A DNA stretch of 64,000 bases from Haliotis cracherodii (lineage: Eukaryota): contig NW_027266264.1 of the NCBI RefSeq assembly GCF_022045235.1, positions 67,022,001 through 67,086,000 on the forward strand. The letters are read 5' to 3'. Below, one piece after another: positions 62,823-64,000 of the stretch. How positions within the stretch are numbered: the first letter of the stretch is position 1; each line of letters begins with the position of its first letter. The notes under the pieces are model-generated. The model made no database searches, was not told the DNA's origin, and saw nothing but the letters and a program-made list of their open reading frames with translations. Made by a program: the position numbers and the translations under genes.

Positions 62823-64000
62823 GCTCTTAATCTCCATAGTGCACGTCATGCGAACACTTTGCAGTCTGATGTAAGCACATGCACAGTGTCGCTGTGGACT
62901 TTGTTTCAAAAACACGTCACTGAAAAAACACCTATATACGAGATCCAAATTCAGGAGTTATACATTTGTTTTGTTTTTGTATTGTTTCTATCGTTGATAA
63001 CATAGTTGAGTTGCATGTATATTGTGGACAAGTAGCTCTATTTCACTGTAATATCCATTTATACTTTCTTATACATGTATTTGCCAAGGACCAACATGTT
63101 TGTTATAATGGTGCTCAATGCGTAGGTGCACATACGAGGTGTTAACCAAAAGACTCTTCGGGATATGACGCAACATGGATCACTGGGTAACATGTAGATG
63201 ACTTCACGATTTCATTGTTTGTAAATGTATTTCAATGTTGAATTTCATTAAAATTTCGTTTTATCCTTTATATGCATAAATGCTGGAATGACATTCTCAT
63301 TGAAATTAGCATAAATATTCTGCATGACAAGCATATCTGATCACAATAGATTTTACTTCCTCTATCTTACTTTCCTCCATTAAATGCCTACCTCTAACAA
63401 AAGCCTGGTGTTGGCATTATATAGTAAAGTACTGTCGGAAATGCTAGAAAACTGCTTTTTGCCTGTTAAAAAAGGATATAATTTTTCACAGACTGTTATT
63501 GAAATATCGAGTAACTACCGATCGACCTACCTGTGGTTTGAAGTATTTCAGTCACAAGGAGTCCTATCGACAAGTTTACAGGAGACAAATTCGAACAGGA
63601 ATTCATATGGCAATGATGGCAGTCTGAAACGGACAATAGAAATATGCGCACATGACTTCGTTATAATGATAATAATGTTGTCTTCATAAAACATCTAATT
63701 CACACACAAAAATCATTTTGAGAAAATTCCAGATGTGCTTCTAAAATGACGCTGCGTTTGTATTGTTAACATTGCTCCCATGACGCACATTACATTACAC
63801 TTGCATAGCCATAACCGCGGTACACGATATGGAGTCTGTACTGGGAAATGTATATAAGTTCTTTACACTTTAGAGAGATGGGGAAACATTTATTAATTTA
63901 GATTGGGTGAATTACTGAACTGCCCAAGCTATATGGTTTTCTATTCATACCATCAAGTCTATGGTATGATAAATAAAACAAAACAGGTATTGGGGCGGTC

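Overview
This is eukaryotic (animal) genomic DNA. The SINE families with (ACTC)n/(AAAC)n tails suggest a gastropod mollusc such as abalone, but that is an inference. The host sequence is a tandem array of mitochondrial-clan cytochrome P450 genes. It holds the last two exons of a diverged paralogue (1033-1843) and three near-identical ~16.2-kb repeat units. Each unit has a 9-exon, ~506-aa CYP (ATGs at 9781, 25968, 53164), three minisatellites, SINEs and a Tc1-like relic; the first two also show a truncated CYP pseudogene and a MITE. An 11,210-bp Polinton/Maverick-type element (41494-52703) has inserted ~460 bp upstream of the third CYP copy. It has AGTAGT termini, ~570-bp TIRs and a 6-bp AGTATA TSD, and the empty site is visible in the other copies. 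It encodes a disrupted protein-primed PolB but no recognisable integrase, capsid, ATPase or adenain protease. Its other cargo is two single-BIR IAP-like genes, a 4xCCHC zinc-knuckle gene, a small Cys-rich ORF and a spliced E1A/E7-like gene. Main finding: three of these non-histone genes are built like replication-dependent histone genes. Each has a duplicated CCAAT-rich promoter with the histone-H1 'AC box' (AAGAAACACA) and a TATA-like box, an intronless ORF, and a perfect histone 3' stem-loop (GGCCCTTTTCAGGGCC) followed by a purine-rich HDE-like tract. This suggests the element uses the SLBP/U7 S-phase expression pathway. No databases or tools were used.
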